Below are positions 63,684 to 64,000 of a stretch of 64,000 nucleotides of DNA, in pieces; the stretch's first letter is position 1, and every line of letters begins with the position of its first letter. The DNA comes from Anolis carolinensis. Taxonomy: Eukaryota. The stretch is from NCBI RefSeq assembly GCF_035594765.1, contig NC_085843.1, positions 206,809,971 to 206,873,970 on the forward strand, written 5' to 3'. A model generated the notes under the pieces. That model was not told where the DNA came from, ran no database searches, and was given only the letters and a program-made list of their open reading frames with translations. Both the position numbers and the translations under genes were made by a program.

Positions 63684-64000
63684 GTGAGTACATATCTTGC
63701 AATTTTGCTAATGCTATTATGCGGTGTCCTGCATATAATTTAGAGGATGTTTATGTTGTTTTTTATGGCTGGGAGCATAGTTATTTTCCCTTACACATAA
63801 CTTCATAATCTCCTTCTCTTTTTCTCTCTCTTACAAAGGATAATTTTCTATGCAAACTTAGCCTAGCTTTCATTCTCCTGGTTAATTTTTTTAGTATCTC
63901 AGTGTTGAAATGAGAAAATATTATACATGTTTCTGTTCATAACTTCTGCTTGAAAGATTTTATTTTAAGATAGGATTTGGGAAATGGATGAGGGGTGTGT

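Overview
Vertebrate genomic DNA, most likely a squamate such as an Anolis-type lizard (inferred from the Sauria-type SINEs, 5S-headed SINE, Vingi, R4/Dong and the MITE repertoire). The only host coding gene is the 5' part of BTAF1 (Mot1-like TBP-associated factor 172) on the + strand. It has a CpG-island promoter at about 18.9-19.6 kb and 21 GT-AG coding exons from the ATG at 19612 to 63683. These join in frame to 3027 nt (1009 codons), and the gene continues beyond the window. The rest is a dense transposon landscape: a near-intact 3.65-kb R4/Dong RLE retrotransposon in a (TAA)n tract with one 1-nt frameshift, an internally deleted sister copy in tandem, two 2.3-2.4-kb non-autonomous Helitrons with different internal tandem arrays, a Gypsy-type solo LTR, and CR1, L2, L1, Vingi, RTE-X-like and DIRS fragments, SINEs and MITEs. 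Four observations stand out. (1) The R4/Dong 5' UTR folds by eye into a canonical box C/D kink-turn module of snoRNA size. (2) Its 5'-terminal C/G hairpin occurs in opposite flip/flop orientations in the two neighbouring copies. (3) The Helitrons share ends but carry unrelated satellites, one built from CR1 tails and one with a 147-bp unit. (4) The solo LTR has an ORF ending in an HMGN-like RRSARIAA motif. All folds and family calls were made by eye; no database searches were run.
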